A DNA stretch of 63,359 bases, counting the filler, from Chiloscyllium plagiosum (Eukaryota), in assembly GCF_004010195.1 (NCBI RefSeq). It is 4 parts of 2 records of this genome, joined end to end, with 100 filler letters (N's around TTAATTAATTAA, not from the genome) between each part and the next. Parts side by side here need not be neighbours in the genome. Positions count along the whole stretch, not along the records: positions 28,627 to 57,641 come from NC_057713.1; 3 more parts are not named here. One strand, written 5' to 3'. A program made the position numbers and the translations under genes. The notes below the pieces were generated by a model that saw only the letters and a list, made by a program, of their open reading frames with translations, made no database searches and had not been told where the DNA came from. This document shows, piece by piece, positions 37,940 to 50,960 of the stretch. Within the stretch, counting starts at the first letter, position 1, and each line of letters opens with the position of its first letter.

Positions 37940-38900
37940 TAGCTCTGGGTCTAGTTTCTTCCCAAACTGTTACCAGGGAAAGAGATTAAGTCAGTGATTA
38001 GGGAATAGATTTTGCAACAGGTGCTGAAAATAATAGTTTTAGTCTTTCTGATACTTAATTATAGGAAATTTTTGCCCATCCAATGGATGTTGGATAATAA
38101 TTAATAATTGAAATGGAAGAGTCAAGAGAGATTGATCATCTGGTAGAGCTGGGTGTCATCGGTGTATCTCAGCAAATCAACACCACACCTTGGGATGATT
38201 TTATTGAGGGAATGTCATGTAGGTGAAAGGGAGGATCAGACCTAGATTAGATCCTTTGGGTGTACCAGTGATAAAAGCACAAGCTACAATTAGATAGATA
38301 AGAATGGAAACAAGTGCTACCCAACTGGATAACAGTGGAGAAATGTTGGAGGAGGATTGTGTGGGCAACTGTGTTGAATAATTTGTGACTTTGACTCGGG
38401 TTATTTTGGTATTGTGGCAGGTAGAAATGGGATTGAAGTGATTCACTTATGGGGTAATGATGCCAGATTTATAGGAAAGACATAGTACACCTGAACAGAT
38501 AAAACTGTTATCAATATTGACTGACAACGGAACCAGGAGATGTAGCTGGGTTATCAGCAGTTTGGTGGGAGTGAGGTGGAACAAAATAGAGGTAAGAATC
38601 ATGATTGAGGTGATCTCATAGAAAATTGGAGTGGAGATAACAGAAGAAATAGAGACAGATCTGAGTGCTGGATGGGAACAATTTTTGAGAAAATTTGGTC
38701 CATTGGGTGGAAGAGAGGGAAGCAACAGAGTCTGCTGATTGCATCGTCTGAGTCTTAATGACTTTGAAATTTACCAGCTGCTCACCCTTATTGTTGGAGG
38801 TGAGAATGGAAGAGATAGGGGAGAGTGGATATAAAGACAGTTTACAAGAGGGAAAAGAAGCTGAGGGCTCCTTTTGCATTCAAGCTGGATTGCAGAGAGA
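37940..38900 (-). mobile_element. Old L2-type LINE RT fragment
   Basis: Minus strand GTPKGSNLG and RYTDDTQLY resemble the GVPQGS.LG and YADDTQLY motifs. Confidence 0.6.
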
Positions 38901-39696
38901 AATGTATCATCACCACTTAATGTTCAACAGTATTACAATCAAACGGTGACCAAGAACAGACATTTCAGTTTTGTGTCTAAAAGTATGGGACAGTGGCTGC
39001 AAACTCTGCGGTGGATAGGTCTCACCTCCTGTTTCCCCAAAGTTTGTTGACCATCTACAAGGCATGGGAATGTGATCTGGTCAAATTTGTCTACATTTTT
39101 CTGGCTCCAACAACATTCGAGGAATTTGACATTATCCAGGACAAAGCAGTCTGTGTGATTAGTACCACATCCATCACTTTAAACACTCAAGACCCCACTA
39201 CACATTGGCAACAGTGTGAAGCATCCACAAGTTGCATTGTAGCAGCACACTCAACCCCTCTCAACACCATCTTCCAAACCCACTAACTGGTGAAATTTGC
39301 AGGTTTGGGAGGTGTTGTTGAAAATGGGAATACTATTATACAATTTTGTTCACAGGAGTTAGGATATTTAGTCATATTTACCCCTATCACAGTCTTAGGC
39401 TCCTGCTGCCTCTGGTTGTCTGATACTTTGTCCTGAAAGCAACAGGGAAGCATGTTAGTGGGTGGAGTGCAGACTGTTTGAATGATGTGGCTGTTGTAGT
39501 TGGATAACTGCCATTGTATACAAATTGTGAGATGTGGCAATGAGGCTTGTAGTGGACCATAAGAATATCAGGTTTTGTTACTGACTGATTGAGAATGTTG
39601 GTAAGTGAGTGACAGAGCTGTGTCGAAATGAGCAACCTCTGAGGCTAACGGTTCTGAGGATATGGCACTTGGCCACTCTTTATGACTTCATTGTTG

Positions 39697-39865
39697 GAGC
39701 AAATTACTGCAGATGCTGGAATTGGGACTGAACAAAAAATGCTGCAAATCACAGCCAATCAGGCAGATGACTATCTCTAATGAAGAGTCATCTAGACTCA
39801 AAAAATTAGATTGCTCTGTCTCCATGAATGCTGCCTGACCCACTGCAATCTGCAGTATTTTTGCT
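39697..39865. mobile_element. Miniature Penelope-derived inverted element with decayed hammerhead
   Basis: Inverted terminal arms around ctaatgaagagtcatctagactcaaaaa. Confidence 0.55.
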
Positions 39866-40205
39866 CAATAGGATAGGATAAATAGACAAGGTCTTTTCCC
39901 TGGGGTGGGAGAGTCCAGAGTTAAAAGGCATAGGTTTAGGGTGAGAAGGGAGAGATATAAAAGGGATCTAAGGGGCAACATTTTCATGCAGAGGGTGGTG
40001 CATGTATGGAATGAGCTGCCAGAGGAAGTGGTGGAGGCTGGTACAAATATAGCATTTAAAAGGCATCTGGATGGGTACATGAATAGCAAGGGTTTAGTGC
40101 TGGCAAATAGGACTAAGATTAGGTTAGGATATCTGGTCGGGCATGGATGAGTTGGACCGAAGGGTCTGTTTCCGTGCTGTACATCTCTATGACTCTGTGA
40201 TTCTA
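39866..40205 (+). mobile_element. CR1/HER1 LINE 3' end
   Basis: ERYKRDLRGNIFMQRVVHVWNELPEEVVEAG; tatgactc tail. Confidence 0.9.
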
Positions 40206-40350
40206 AATGAAATTGTTGAAGTTCTGTGACACTGCACTCAGGTTCTTGGGGTTGACATTGACCTCAATGGTGATCTGCTCTGGCTGCCTTCTAGTGATCC
40301 TGTGCCATTGCAGGTACAGGATACCACTCCTCTTTTGCACATCCTCTATC

Positions 40351-41010
40351 AAGAAAGAAAGACTTACATTTAAATAGTATTTTAACTACCTGATGATATC
40401 CCAGAAGTTCTTTACAGAAACCAAGTATCTTTGAAGTGCAGTGATGAAAGGAATGTGGCAGCCAATCTAACACACAGCAACTTTTCAGAATCAGCAATTG
40501 TAGTGATTAGAACAAGGTCAGCAAGGTGGACCTCATAAAACATGAGCTCTCTGATTGGGGCTGTTAACCTGGTCCAATCTGGGAGACCTGGATATGAACA
40601 GGAGTGTCACGGTTCTATTCACTCTCGGAGCTGGCTCTAAGGAAGCTGGATCAAGTACTATGCACATGTAAATAATGGGTGACTTGGTGATGGGACATTG
40701 GTCTTCATGGCATTATTTCAACAATATGATAATAATCAATCATTGGTGCTGTTGATTGAAAGGCTAGTGTTAGGGAGGGTTCCAGAGAAAGATGGATCGC
40801 TCTTTTTTGCATAATGACATGGGATGTTAGCATCTACTTGGCAGGGCAGACAAAACTCAGTTTAACATCTAATCCAAAGACACCACCTGTGCTGTTGCAG
40901 CACTCCTCAATAATGCATGAAATATAAGCCAAAAATTTCTACTCTAGTATTGTGAACTCATAACTTTCTAAACTGCAGGCAAGTGTACCATCCACTCAAC
41001 CACACGTGAC
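40351..41010 (-). mobile_element. DeuSINE (SacSINE1/AmnSINE1-like) interrupted by a solo LTR
   Basis: gggcagacaaaactcagtttaacatctaatccaaagacaccacc...tgcagcactcc resembles the Deu domain; L2-like tail at 40351-40400. Confidence 0.65.
40499..40720 (+). mobile_element. Short solo LTR (family A)
   Basis: TG...CA; TSD gcaat/acaat; reverse complement of 48481-48708 and 58923-59157. Confidence 0.8.
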
Positions 41011-41028
41011 CGAGACCTCCAGACAAGT

Positions 41029-41419
41029 GGCGGCACGGTGGCGTAATGGTTAGCACTGCTGCCTCACAGCGCCAGAGACCCGGGTTCAATTCCGCCTCAG
41101 GCGACTGTCTGTGGGCGGCACAGTGGCGCAGTGGTTAACAATGTTGCCTCACAGCACCAGAGACCCGGGTTCAATTCCCCCCTCAGGCGACTGACTGTGT
41201 GGAGTTTGCACATTGTCCCGTGTCTGCATGGGTTTCCCCCGGGTGCTCCGGTTTCCTCCCACAGTCCAAAAATGTGCAGGTAAGGTGAATTAGCTATGCT
41301 AAATTGCCTGTAGCGGTAGGTGAAGGGGTGAAATGTAGGGAATGGGTCTGGGTGAGTTGCGCTTTGGGGGGTCGGTGTGGGCTTGTTGGGCTGAAGTAAT
41401 CTAATCTAATCTCAAAAAA
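41029..41419 (+). mobile_element. HE1-type SINE with duplicated tRNA head
   Basis: Head 41029-41112 is followed by a complete copy starting at 41113. Confidence 0.92.
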
Positions 41420-41437
41420 GCTTGGAGCTGCTCTTAC

Positions 41438-41756
41438 TTAGATTAGATTACTTACTGTGTGGAAACAGGCCCTTCAGCCCAACAAGTCCACACCGACCCC
41501 CCAAAGCGCAACCCACCGAGACCCATTCCCCTACATTTACCCCTTCACCTAACACAACTGGCAATTTAGCATGGCCAATTCACCAAACCTGCACATTTTT
41601 GGACTGTGGGAGGAAACTGGAGCACCCGGAGGAAACCCACGCAGACACTGGGAGAATGTGCAAACTCCACACAGAGAGTTGCCTGAGGTGGGAATTGAAC
41701 CCGGGTCTCTGGTGCTGTGAGGCAGCAGTGCTAAACACTGTGCCACCGTTCCGCCC
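41438..41756 (-). mobile_element. HE1-type SINE, tail-to-tail with the previous copy
   Basis: Complete copy on the minus strand. Confidence 0.93.
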
Positions 41757-44212
41757 AAACTTCCACATTATCCCAGGAAAATAAAATGAATGTAGAATGT
41801 TTCCCGAACCTGCTCCTGCCACAGTGTACATTCCCAAAATATCTGCAGGTTGGCTTTAAGTAGTGCAGATTAGCATTAATTAATGCCTATCCTCCCATAA
41901 CGTTGATCCCACTGAGATGTTGAGCCATTCAGTAGCAGTTAGCACTGGTTTCCTATTGTCATCATTTGAATTAGCAGGCACAATGAAGTTAGCATTGCTC
42001 CTGCAACAGATTAATTGGGCATCGTGTTCCCATACTCATTTTAAGGTGCTATTGAATTTAGCTCTTCTGCTCCTGGTCATGAGTCAACTATACAATCCCT
42101 TTCTATTTATGCAGGTTTTAGTCAGTTATAACTTGTTAACTTACTCAATTCAAATCTATTAAATTATTCACTGAGATTAAATATCTTTGTGGGATCAGAG
42201 TCAACATTATAGCAGTGGATTCGTTAATTCATTTATTACCCACCACCGTATTCCCTTCAGTGTCTTCATAACCTGTGACTGAGGGTTCTTGTCTGAACAC
42301 ATGGGGGCCTGTGGGATTTTGGTAAGCTGGACCTTGATGATGCACTGCATATTTATGGTAAAATTTTACTGGTCTTTAAACAGTCAAATTCTATTCTATG
42401 CACCCCGTTTAGTGAAAGCAGGTGAAAAAGCAGGACATAGGCTTAAACTAAGCTTTAAAATAATTTTCACGGCGTCTTGAGGAGCCGGACTGCTTTATAG
42501 GAACAATGAGAGTCAGGAGCACCCTGGGCTCTGTCTGCTCCACAGTTGCAAAAATTGTTTCTTTTCCAATGTTACCACCTTCCTAGCCAAGTCAGATGTT
42601 ACTAACTTCACTACTGACTGCCCTACATCTATACCTTAGGATTGTCATCAGGGTCTTATATCGAGTGTTCCTGTTTCACAGAGAACAATAGGAGAATTTG
42701 AAATCCTGTCAATTGGGTGAGATGAACTACTTGGTTGATTTTGTCATCAGTTTCTCTCCATCAGGAGTGAGTCTGCATTGAGATTAAAATCTTGCAAAAT
42801 TGATCCAGTAGAACCCAATATGTTTTAAATGAAACAAAGCAAGTCCCCAGTTGATAACATACCATCATGTTGTATCTTCTTTCTTTGAGTTACCTGGTGT
42901 CATTTTCCTTTATCTAATGCTCTGTATTTGATGAGATTTTATCAAGCAGTTTGTTCTGTTATTTTTATTCCATGCTACTAATCCAATGGCTCCTGCTTTT
43001 TGCTTATTTCATTCATAATGTTACACAATGTTAGTTTTTCCCTAATGATAAATGCCAAACACAGGGAAGATTGCGGCTAACTTTCCTGCAACATTGGATG
43101 TGGTTCAGTGGTGAGGGAATGGATTATAATTTAAGCAGAAGAATAGCAATAACTAAATGCCAAAAGAATTTAAAAGGGCAGTAAAGTGATCTTTAGTCTG
43201 ATGAAGTGTGACAGGAAGGTGGAAAGCTTGAGTGAACAGAATGTGCTTTAATGCTGGAAATGGAACATTATTCCATTTTAAGCATCTAAGTCATTAATTG
43301 GTATACGCTATGTCAATTTGTACAGCACATAGTGAGTGCAAGCCACACCAGTTCAGCAGCAGAGTGGCTCACCTCCATGTGAGCATGTGTTGGACACCTG
43401 CTTGGATGGAAAAGCCCAGTTGGAGAAAGGGCTTCTCGTCAGCTTGCTGAAGAGTTGACATGAGACCTGTGCAACCTCTTTTGAGAAAGCCTGCCAGATT
43501 ATCTGCCGATCAGGCAATGGCGAGACTGCCAAACAACCTATTCCTGGAATCAAGACCGGGGGTATATGTCTCAACCAGCCAGAGCTGCCGCCAATCAAAT
43601 AGCATCTGCTCTGGAACTCTGCAATGCCACAAAGGAGGCCATGATAGCTGCTGGAATCACACCCTCAGAGTTCCAGAAGCACAGAGAACTCTGGACTATT
43701 TGCTGTAGGGACAAAAGTGGGCTTTCTTGGGTTAGATATACAGGGAGAGGTGGGCAAGGGAGAATTGGGTGGCTTTCAGTGGGTACATACCTGCTCCACG
43801 TCCAGTCGCTCAATCAGACACTGAGTGTCTTTTTATCAAGGGACCTTCCCACAGGTGTGACAAGCTGCCTGCTCAGGAATGTTGTATGGAACAAGACCTG
43901 CTTGCACTTCGGTGAATCACAGCAGGAGAAGGCTTGAGGCCCTTTCTGTTTCTGATTTGGTCACTTAACAGGACCTCAGTTGTTGCCAGGTCAGGAAAGT
44001 CAACTATGCGCATTCCCATCCAGGAGATGGAGTCAACATCACTACCTCACTTAATTAATAGCCTTCCAACCTCACGGCTCGCCTTCTCTGGGAGCAAAAG
44101 ACCCCTTCTTTTTTAGATCTAGCTCCTGTTGAAGAAATTGATCCAGCAATTAGTCAAATGTCTCTCTTCGGATTCTTCAGTAGCCTCCAAGGAAAATTAC
44201 TGAAAATTACCA

Positions 44213-44516
44213 GTGGCTCAGTGGATAACACTGTTGACTCAGAGCACCAGGGACCTGGGTTTGATTCCAGCCTCGCGTGACTGTGTGGAGTTTGCACATT
44301 CTCCCTCTGACTGTGTAGGTGTGCTCTGGTTTCCTCCCACAGTCTGAAGATATGCAGGTTAGGTGAATTGGCCATGCTAAATTGCCCATATTGTTCAGAG
44401 ATGTGTAAGTTAAGTGCATTAGTTAGGGTAATGGTTCTAAGTGGGTAACTTTTTGGAGGGTCGGTGTGGACTTGTTGGGCCAAAGGGCCTGTTTCCACAC
44501 TCTGGGGAGTGATTCT
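44213..44516 (+). mobile_element. HE1-type SINE, older
   Basis: Diverged head and V-domain. Confidence 0.85.
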
Positions 44517-44559
44517 AAGCAACCACATGGATCATTCTGGATAAGCACAATTCTGTTCT

Positions 44560-44748
44560 CACCTGTCATTTACACATCCACCCTCGTAAAGATGCTACTG
44601 GATACTTCTAGTTCTCTCCATCTCTGATCTCATTCTGACATATCTTACATTCCTGATGAAGGGCTTACGTCTGAAATGTCAAATCTCCTGTTCCTCAGAT
44701 GCTGCCTGACCTGCTGTGCTTTCCAGCACCACTCTTTTTGACTCTATC
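44560..44748 (+). mobile_element. Penelope 3' fragment with decayed hammerhead
   Basis: attcctgatgaagggcttacgtctgaaatgtc followed by gatgctgcctgacctgctgtgc. Confidence 0.7.
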
Positions 44749-45014
44749 TTACTCACTACCAGGTAAATTGAGGGTTAGTCTTTGAATACAGTTTGACAAG
44801 AATTTAGGAATGAACTTCCAGTAACCCCTTGACAGCAGAACTCTATTTGATTTTGACTTTTGCCTAACAATTTTAAGACCACTCCCAACCTGTCCTTTTC
44901 CCACTCTGAGTGAAATTTACTTTCTAACCTTTGTGTGGATCTGACATACACAATGCTATGGCATAACCCTGCAATTAATATTATGTTTCACAGAGATTCA
45001 TTTGCATCATTTTT

Positions 45015-45341
45015 GGGTGGCACGGTGGCACAGTGGTTAGCACTGCTGCCTCACAGCGCCAGAGACCCGGGTTCAATTCCCGCCTCAGGCGACTGACTGT
45101 GTGGAGTTTGCACGTTCTCCCCGTGTCTGCGTGGGTTTCCTCCAGGTGCTCCGGTTTCCTCCCACAGTCCAAAGATGTGCAGGTCAGATGAGTTGGCCAT
45201 GCTAAATTGCCCGTAGTGTTAGGTGAAGGGGTAAATGTAGGGGTCTGGGTGGGTTACGCTTCGGCGGGTCAGTGTGGACTCGTTGGGCCGAAGGGCCTGT
45301 TTCCACACTGTAATACAATCTAATCTACAATCTAATCTAAT
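45015..45341 (+). mobile_element. HE1-type SINE
   Basis: Complete copy with aatct-repeat tail. Confidence 0.95.
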
Positions 45342-46784
45342 TTTTATGGGAACATGTAAACATAATCCAGCTGCTCTATTTGTTTTGTGTGGATTTTAAA
45401 AATTGGACCTTACATCAATGGATCTTTTACGACAGCTCCGGTTTATTTGAAACAGAATAAGATAGGGTGACAAGGAACTGATTGTAGAAAAGCTATTACA
45501 CTTTAACAAAAACAAATTCTTTTATTGAAGGAACTAAATGATTTCAACTTCTGTGTGAAGTCTAATTGAAGTATGAACCAGTTTTCAAAAGATGTTTATA
45601 AATTCATATTGTATATTTTAATGGCTCATTTCTCCATGCTGAAATTTTATTTTATGTTATCTAATCTCAAAGGCAATTTCCTGTTAAAAAAAATCCAAAA
45701 GTACACATTAACCAGAAGCATTTTGTACTTAAAGGGAGACTGCACTCGTTAATTGCATGGAGCAGTGGTTGAATGAAGGATATAGGACAGTCATGTCACA
45801 TAGATATTCAAATGGTTTTGCGGAGGTCAGGTTAATGACGAATTGCTCGTGTCATGACTGAGGCTGGAGGAGTGCATCAACATTACAGGCTGCAATAAAA
45901 TAGAATGAGAAACAAAACACCCCACATATTGGAAATACTGGAACTTCTGAAGAAGAGTCTCACTGGACTCAAAATGTTAACCCTGTTTCCCTCTCCACAA
46001 AGGCTGAGTTTCTCCTGCTTTCTGTGTTTGTTATCAAATGAACATACTTATTCCAGTTACCAAGCTGACTGAGATTGAAACAAAAATATCTGTCAAAGAG
46101 GTTTCTTAATAAACACATTTTAAGGTTTATTATCAAAACAGATCTTGTTCCTTAAGATGCAGAAATTGTTTATTTACACAATCAGTTGTATAGATGTATA
46201 AATTCTTATCTTTGTAAATATCCCACTACACACACACAAGCATACACACACTCTCTCTTCAGGAAAAGAGAGAAAAGGACAAATTTCTTTGCAGAGAGAT
46301 TCAGAGGCTTCTGACAAAAGAACACTTTGCCCACTGTGTTATTCTGGAAGGTAAAAGGACAAAGTGAAGTATATAGTCTGTTGCTCTTTCTGTTTCTGAT
46401 TTGGCCAGATAAAACAAACATTTCCCCAAGCTCATCACTGTTCAAAAACAGCCCCAGTGGGGTCAACAGCAAAGCAAGCAGTTATCACCAACCATGTGAT
46501 TTATAGGAAGCCACGTTAAATAAATGCTCCAATGTTCATAGTGAATTTTCAAGAATGAAAGAAACCACTCCAGGTATGTCCACAAGACTCAAAGTAAATT
46601 CTTTTTTCCAGAATCCTTCAAAACATTAAACATTAAATAAACAGTGAAACATCTTCATAACATTTGCATTTGCATCGCAACTTGGAGATATCAGACACAG
46701 ATAGATTAGCAGAAGTGCTGAAGTTACATTCTGTTACCCAATACACTGATACTTCATTCAGTTTAAAATAATGTATTCACTGAT

Positions 46785-47001
46785 CATACTGCAGTTTCCT
46801 TTACATTGAGAAGGGAAAATGGAGATTGAGTGACTGCTTAGAACAACCACTTACTTTAATCCACAACTGTAGCCCCAGGCTTTTGATCCCCTGTATTATA
46901 ATTCTCCACTTTGCTCCCAATCTGACATTTCTGTCCATTAAACAGCATCTCATCTTTCGGTTAGGAATTTTACCATCCTCCAGAGTCAACAGTGAGTTAG
47001 A
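46785..47001 (+). mobile_element. Old Penelope GIY-YIG fragment interrupted by CR1
   Basis: YIEKGKWRLSDCL and KQHLIFRLGILPSSRVNSE; appears to resume near 48393. Confidence 0.55.
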
Positions 47002-48392
47002 TCATAGAACATAGAACATTACAGCGCAGTACAGGCCCTTTGGCCCTTGGTGTTGCGCCGATCTGTAAAACCAGTCTGAAGCCCATCTAACCTACACCAT
47101 TCCATTCTCGTCCATAGGCCTATCCAATGACCATTTAAATGCCCTTAATGTTGGCGAGTCTACTACTATTGCAGGCAGCACGTTCCATGTCCCTACTACT
47201 CTCTGAGTAAAGAAACTGCCTCTGACATCTGTCCTATATCTATCGCCTCTCAATTTAAAGTTATATCCCCTAGTGCTAGCCATCACTATCCAAGGAAAAA
47301 GGCATTCACTATCCACACTATCTATCTCTCTGATTATCTTATATGTCTCTATTATGTCACCTCTCAACCTTCTTCTCTCTAGCAAAGACAGCCTCAAATC
47401 CCTCAGCCTTTCCTCATAAGACCTTCCCTCCATACCAGGCAACATCCTTGTAAATCTCCTCTGAACCCTTTCCAACGCTTCCACATCCTTCCTATAATGC
47501 AGTGAACAGAACTGTACACAATACTCCAAGTGCGGCCGCACCAGAGTTTTGTACAGCTGCAGCATGACCTCATGGTTTCAAAACTCAGTCCCCCTACCAA
47601 TAAAAGCTAACCCACTGTATGCTTTCTTAACAACCCTATCAACCTGGGTGGCAACTTTCAAGGATCTATGTACCTGGACACTGAGATCTCTCTGCTCATC
47701 TACACTATCAAGAATCTTACCATCAGCCCAGTACTCTGCATTCCTGTTACTCCTTCCAAAGTGAATCACCTTACATTTTTCCACATTAAACTCCATTTGC
47801 CACCTCTCAGCCCAGCTCTGCAGCTTATCTATGTCCCTCTGTAACCTACAACATCCTTTGTCACTATTCACAATTCTACTGACTTTAGTGTCATCCACAA
47901 CTTTACTAACTGATTCTTCTATGCCCTCATTCAGGTCATTTATAAAAATGATAATCAGCAGTGGCCCCACAATCGATTCTGTGGTACACCACTAGTAACT
48001 GAACTCCAGGATGAATAGTTCCCATCAACCACCACCCTCTAACTTCTTTCAGCTAATTAATTTCTGATTCAAACTGCTAAATCACCCTTAATCCCATGCC
48101 TCCATATTTTGTGCAATAGCCTTATGAAATGCCCTACTGAAATCCATATACACCACATCAACGGCTTTACCCTCATCCACCTGTTTGGTCACCTTCTCAA
48201 AGAATTCAATAAGGTTTGTGAGGCACGACATACCCTTCACAAAACTGTGTTAACTATCCCTAATCAACAGATTCCTTTCTAGATGATTATAAATCCTATC
48301 TCTTTAACCCTTTCGAACACTTTACCCACAACCGAAATAAGACTTGCTGGTCTATAATAACCAGATTGTCTCTACCCCCCCTTCTTGAACAG
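47002..48392 (-). mobile_element. CR1/HER1 LINE (RT to 3' end)
   Basis: GPLLIIIFINDL, KVVDDTKV, WQMEFNVEKCKVIHFG, LYKTLVRPHLEYCVQF; catagaa-repeat tail. Confidence 0.95.
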
Positions 48393-48480
48393 GTTCACCA
48401 ATATCAGACTATAATCTGTTCCCTCATTATGTTTCTTTTCTTTTTGCTCACTTTGTTTTTATCCTTCTTGTTTTTCTTTG

Positions 48481-48708
48481 TGAAATAACTCTACAGAGAG
48501 TGTCAACAATTCACCCATTATTTACACAGGCAAAGTGTTTGACACTGGTCTGGCTTCCTCAGAGCTGACTCTTAGAGTGAACAGAATCTCAGACACTCCT
48601 GTTTATATCTGTCAGCCAGGGCTCCCTAATTAGACCAAGTTAACAGCCCCAGTTAGGGACTTCATATTCTTTGAGGTCCACCTGGCTGATTTCATTACAA
48701 TCAATGCA
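48481..48708 (-). mobile_element. Short solo LTR (family A)
   Basis: tgaaataa...tgca; TSD ctttg/cttta. Confidence 0.78.
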
Positions 48709-48711
48709 CTT

Positions 48712-50960
48712 TAAGACAGTAAGACCTTAAGACATAGGGGCAGAAATTAGGCCATTCAGCCCATCAAGCCTGCTCTGCCATTCAATCACGGCTGATAAGT
48801 TTCTCAACCGCATTCTCTCGCTTTCTCCCAATCGCCATTGGTCCCCTTTACAATCAAGAACCTATCTATCTCCATCTTAAGTATGCTCAATGACCTCACC
48901 TCTGCAGCCTTTTGTGGCAATGAATTCCATTGATTCCCCACTGTCTGGCTGAAGATGTTTCTCCTTATCTCAGTTTTTAAAGGTCTTCCCTTTACTCTAA
49001 GGCTGTACCCTCGGGTCCTAGTCTCTCTTACCAATGGAAACGTCTTCCCAACATCCACTCTGTCCAGGCCATTCAGTATTCTGTAAGTTTCAATTAGATC
49101 CCCCCTCATCCTTCTAAACTCCATAAAGTTACCAGCTGCCACCCTGATAAAGACCCTTTCATTCCCACTCTCTGCTTTCTGCCAGACAACCAAGCTTCTA
49201 TCCATTCTAGCACCTTGTCTCTAACACAATGAGCCCTTTTCTTACTCAGTAACCTCCTGTGTTGCACCTTGTCAAATGCCTTCTTAAAGTCCAGGTAGAT
49301 AACATCCATTGATTCTCTTTGGTTTAATCTGCTCATTATGTCCTCAAAGAAATCCAGCCAATCTGTCAGGAATGATGTACCCTTGATGAAACCATGCTGA
49401 CTCTGCCCAATTTTACCATACACTTCCCAGTATTCAGAAATCCCAGCCTTCACAATGGATTCCAGGATCTTACACTAATCTGTCTGTAATTTTCCATCTT
49501 CTGCCTTATTCCCTTTTCAAACAGAGGTATCATGTTAGCAATTTTCCAGTCCACTGGGACTCTCCCCAATTCTGATTACTGAAAGATTACCACTAACACC
49601 TCAACTATCTCTTGAACTATCTCCCTTAGACCCCTGGGGTATAGACCATCTGGCCCAGGTTATTTACCCAACTTCAGGCCATTCAGTTTTTCTAGCATCT
49701 TCTCCTTAGTGAAGACCACCATACTGAGCTCTGTCCCCTCAACCTTCTAAACTTTGGAGAAATTACTCATTAATTTCACTGTGAAGACTGATGCGAAGTA
49801 ATGATTCAGTTCCTCAGATATTTCTTTGCTCCCCACTACTATCTCTCTTGCATCATTTTCCAGTGGCCCAATGTTCACTTTTGCCTCTCTTTTGTCCTTT
49901 ATATATCTAAAGAAATTCTTACAGCCTTCCTTTATATTACTACTAGCTAATGCTCATATTTTATCTGCTCCCTCTTTATTTCTTATTTTTGGTTGCTCTC
50001 TGTTGATCTTTGTAAGCTTCCCAATCCTCTGGTTTCACAACTTTATATGTTTTCTCGTTTGCTTTTATGCTATACCTGACTTCCCTGGTCAACCATGGTT
50101 GCCTCATCCTCCCTGTATCATACTTCTTTCTCCTCAGGATGAATCACTGCTGTGTCTCCTCAATTACTCCCAGAAACTCCTGCCATTGCTGTGCCACTGT
50201 CTTTATGCAAGGCTTCTCTCTCAGACAGTTCTACCCAGTTCCTCCCTCATGCTTTCATTCAGCTTAAATACCGTTACCTCTGCTTCTATCTTCTCTCTAT
50301 CAGACTGCAGAGTAAATTCAATCACGTTATGATCACTGCTTCCAAAGGGTTCCTTCAACTAAAGCTCCCTTATCAAGTCTGCCTCATTACACAACACTAA
50401 ATCCAGTATTGCCTGTTCCCTAATGGCTCCATCACAAGCTGTTCCAAAAAGCCAACTTGTAGACATTCCACAAATTTCTTTTCTTGCAAACTACTACGAA
50501 CCTGATTTCCTCAATCCACCTACATATTGAAATCCCCCATGTTCACTGTAACTTTGCTTTTCCTACACACCTTTTCTACCTCCTGCCCCAGCTCCTGATG
50601 AGGGGCGGCCTATATATGACTCCAAATATGTTTTTTTTACCTTTGTGGTTTCTCAATTCTACCCACACAGATTCTACACCATCTGACCCTACTTTGTTGC
50701 TTATTATTGATTCAATTTCATTTTTTACTAATAGGGCAACTCCAACCCCTCTGCCCAATTGCTTATCCTTTCGAATATTCTACTCCCAATCCTGATCCCC
50801 TTGCAGCCACGTCTCGGTGATGCCCACCACATCTTACCTGCCAATTTTGATCTGCTCCACAAGCTCATTTACCTTATTCCTTATACTGCGTGCATTCAGA
50901 TATAACACCTTCAGTCCTGTTTTAACCATCCCTCTTCTCATTGTCAGTCATTTCTCTAAT
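48712..50960 (-). mobile_element. CR1 LINE ORF2 (APE to 3' end) with internal deletions
   Basis: GVESVWVEL...GVIYRPP (APE); SQHGFIKG and YLDFKKAFDKV (RT); RRMRGDLIETY. Confidence 0.92.
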
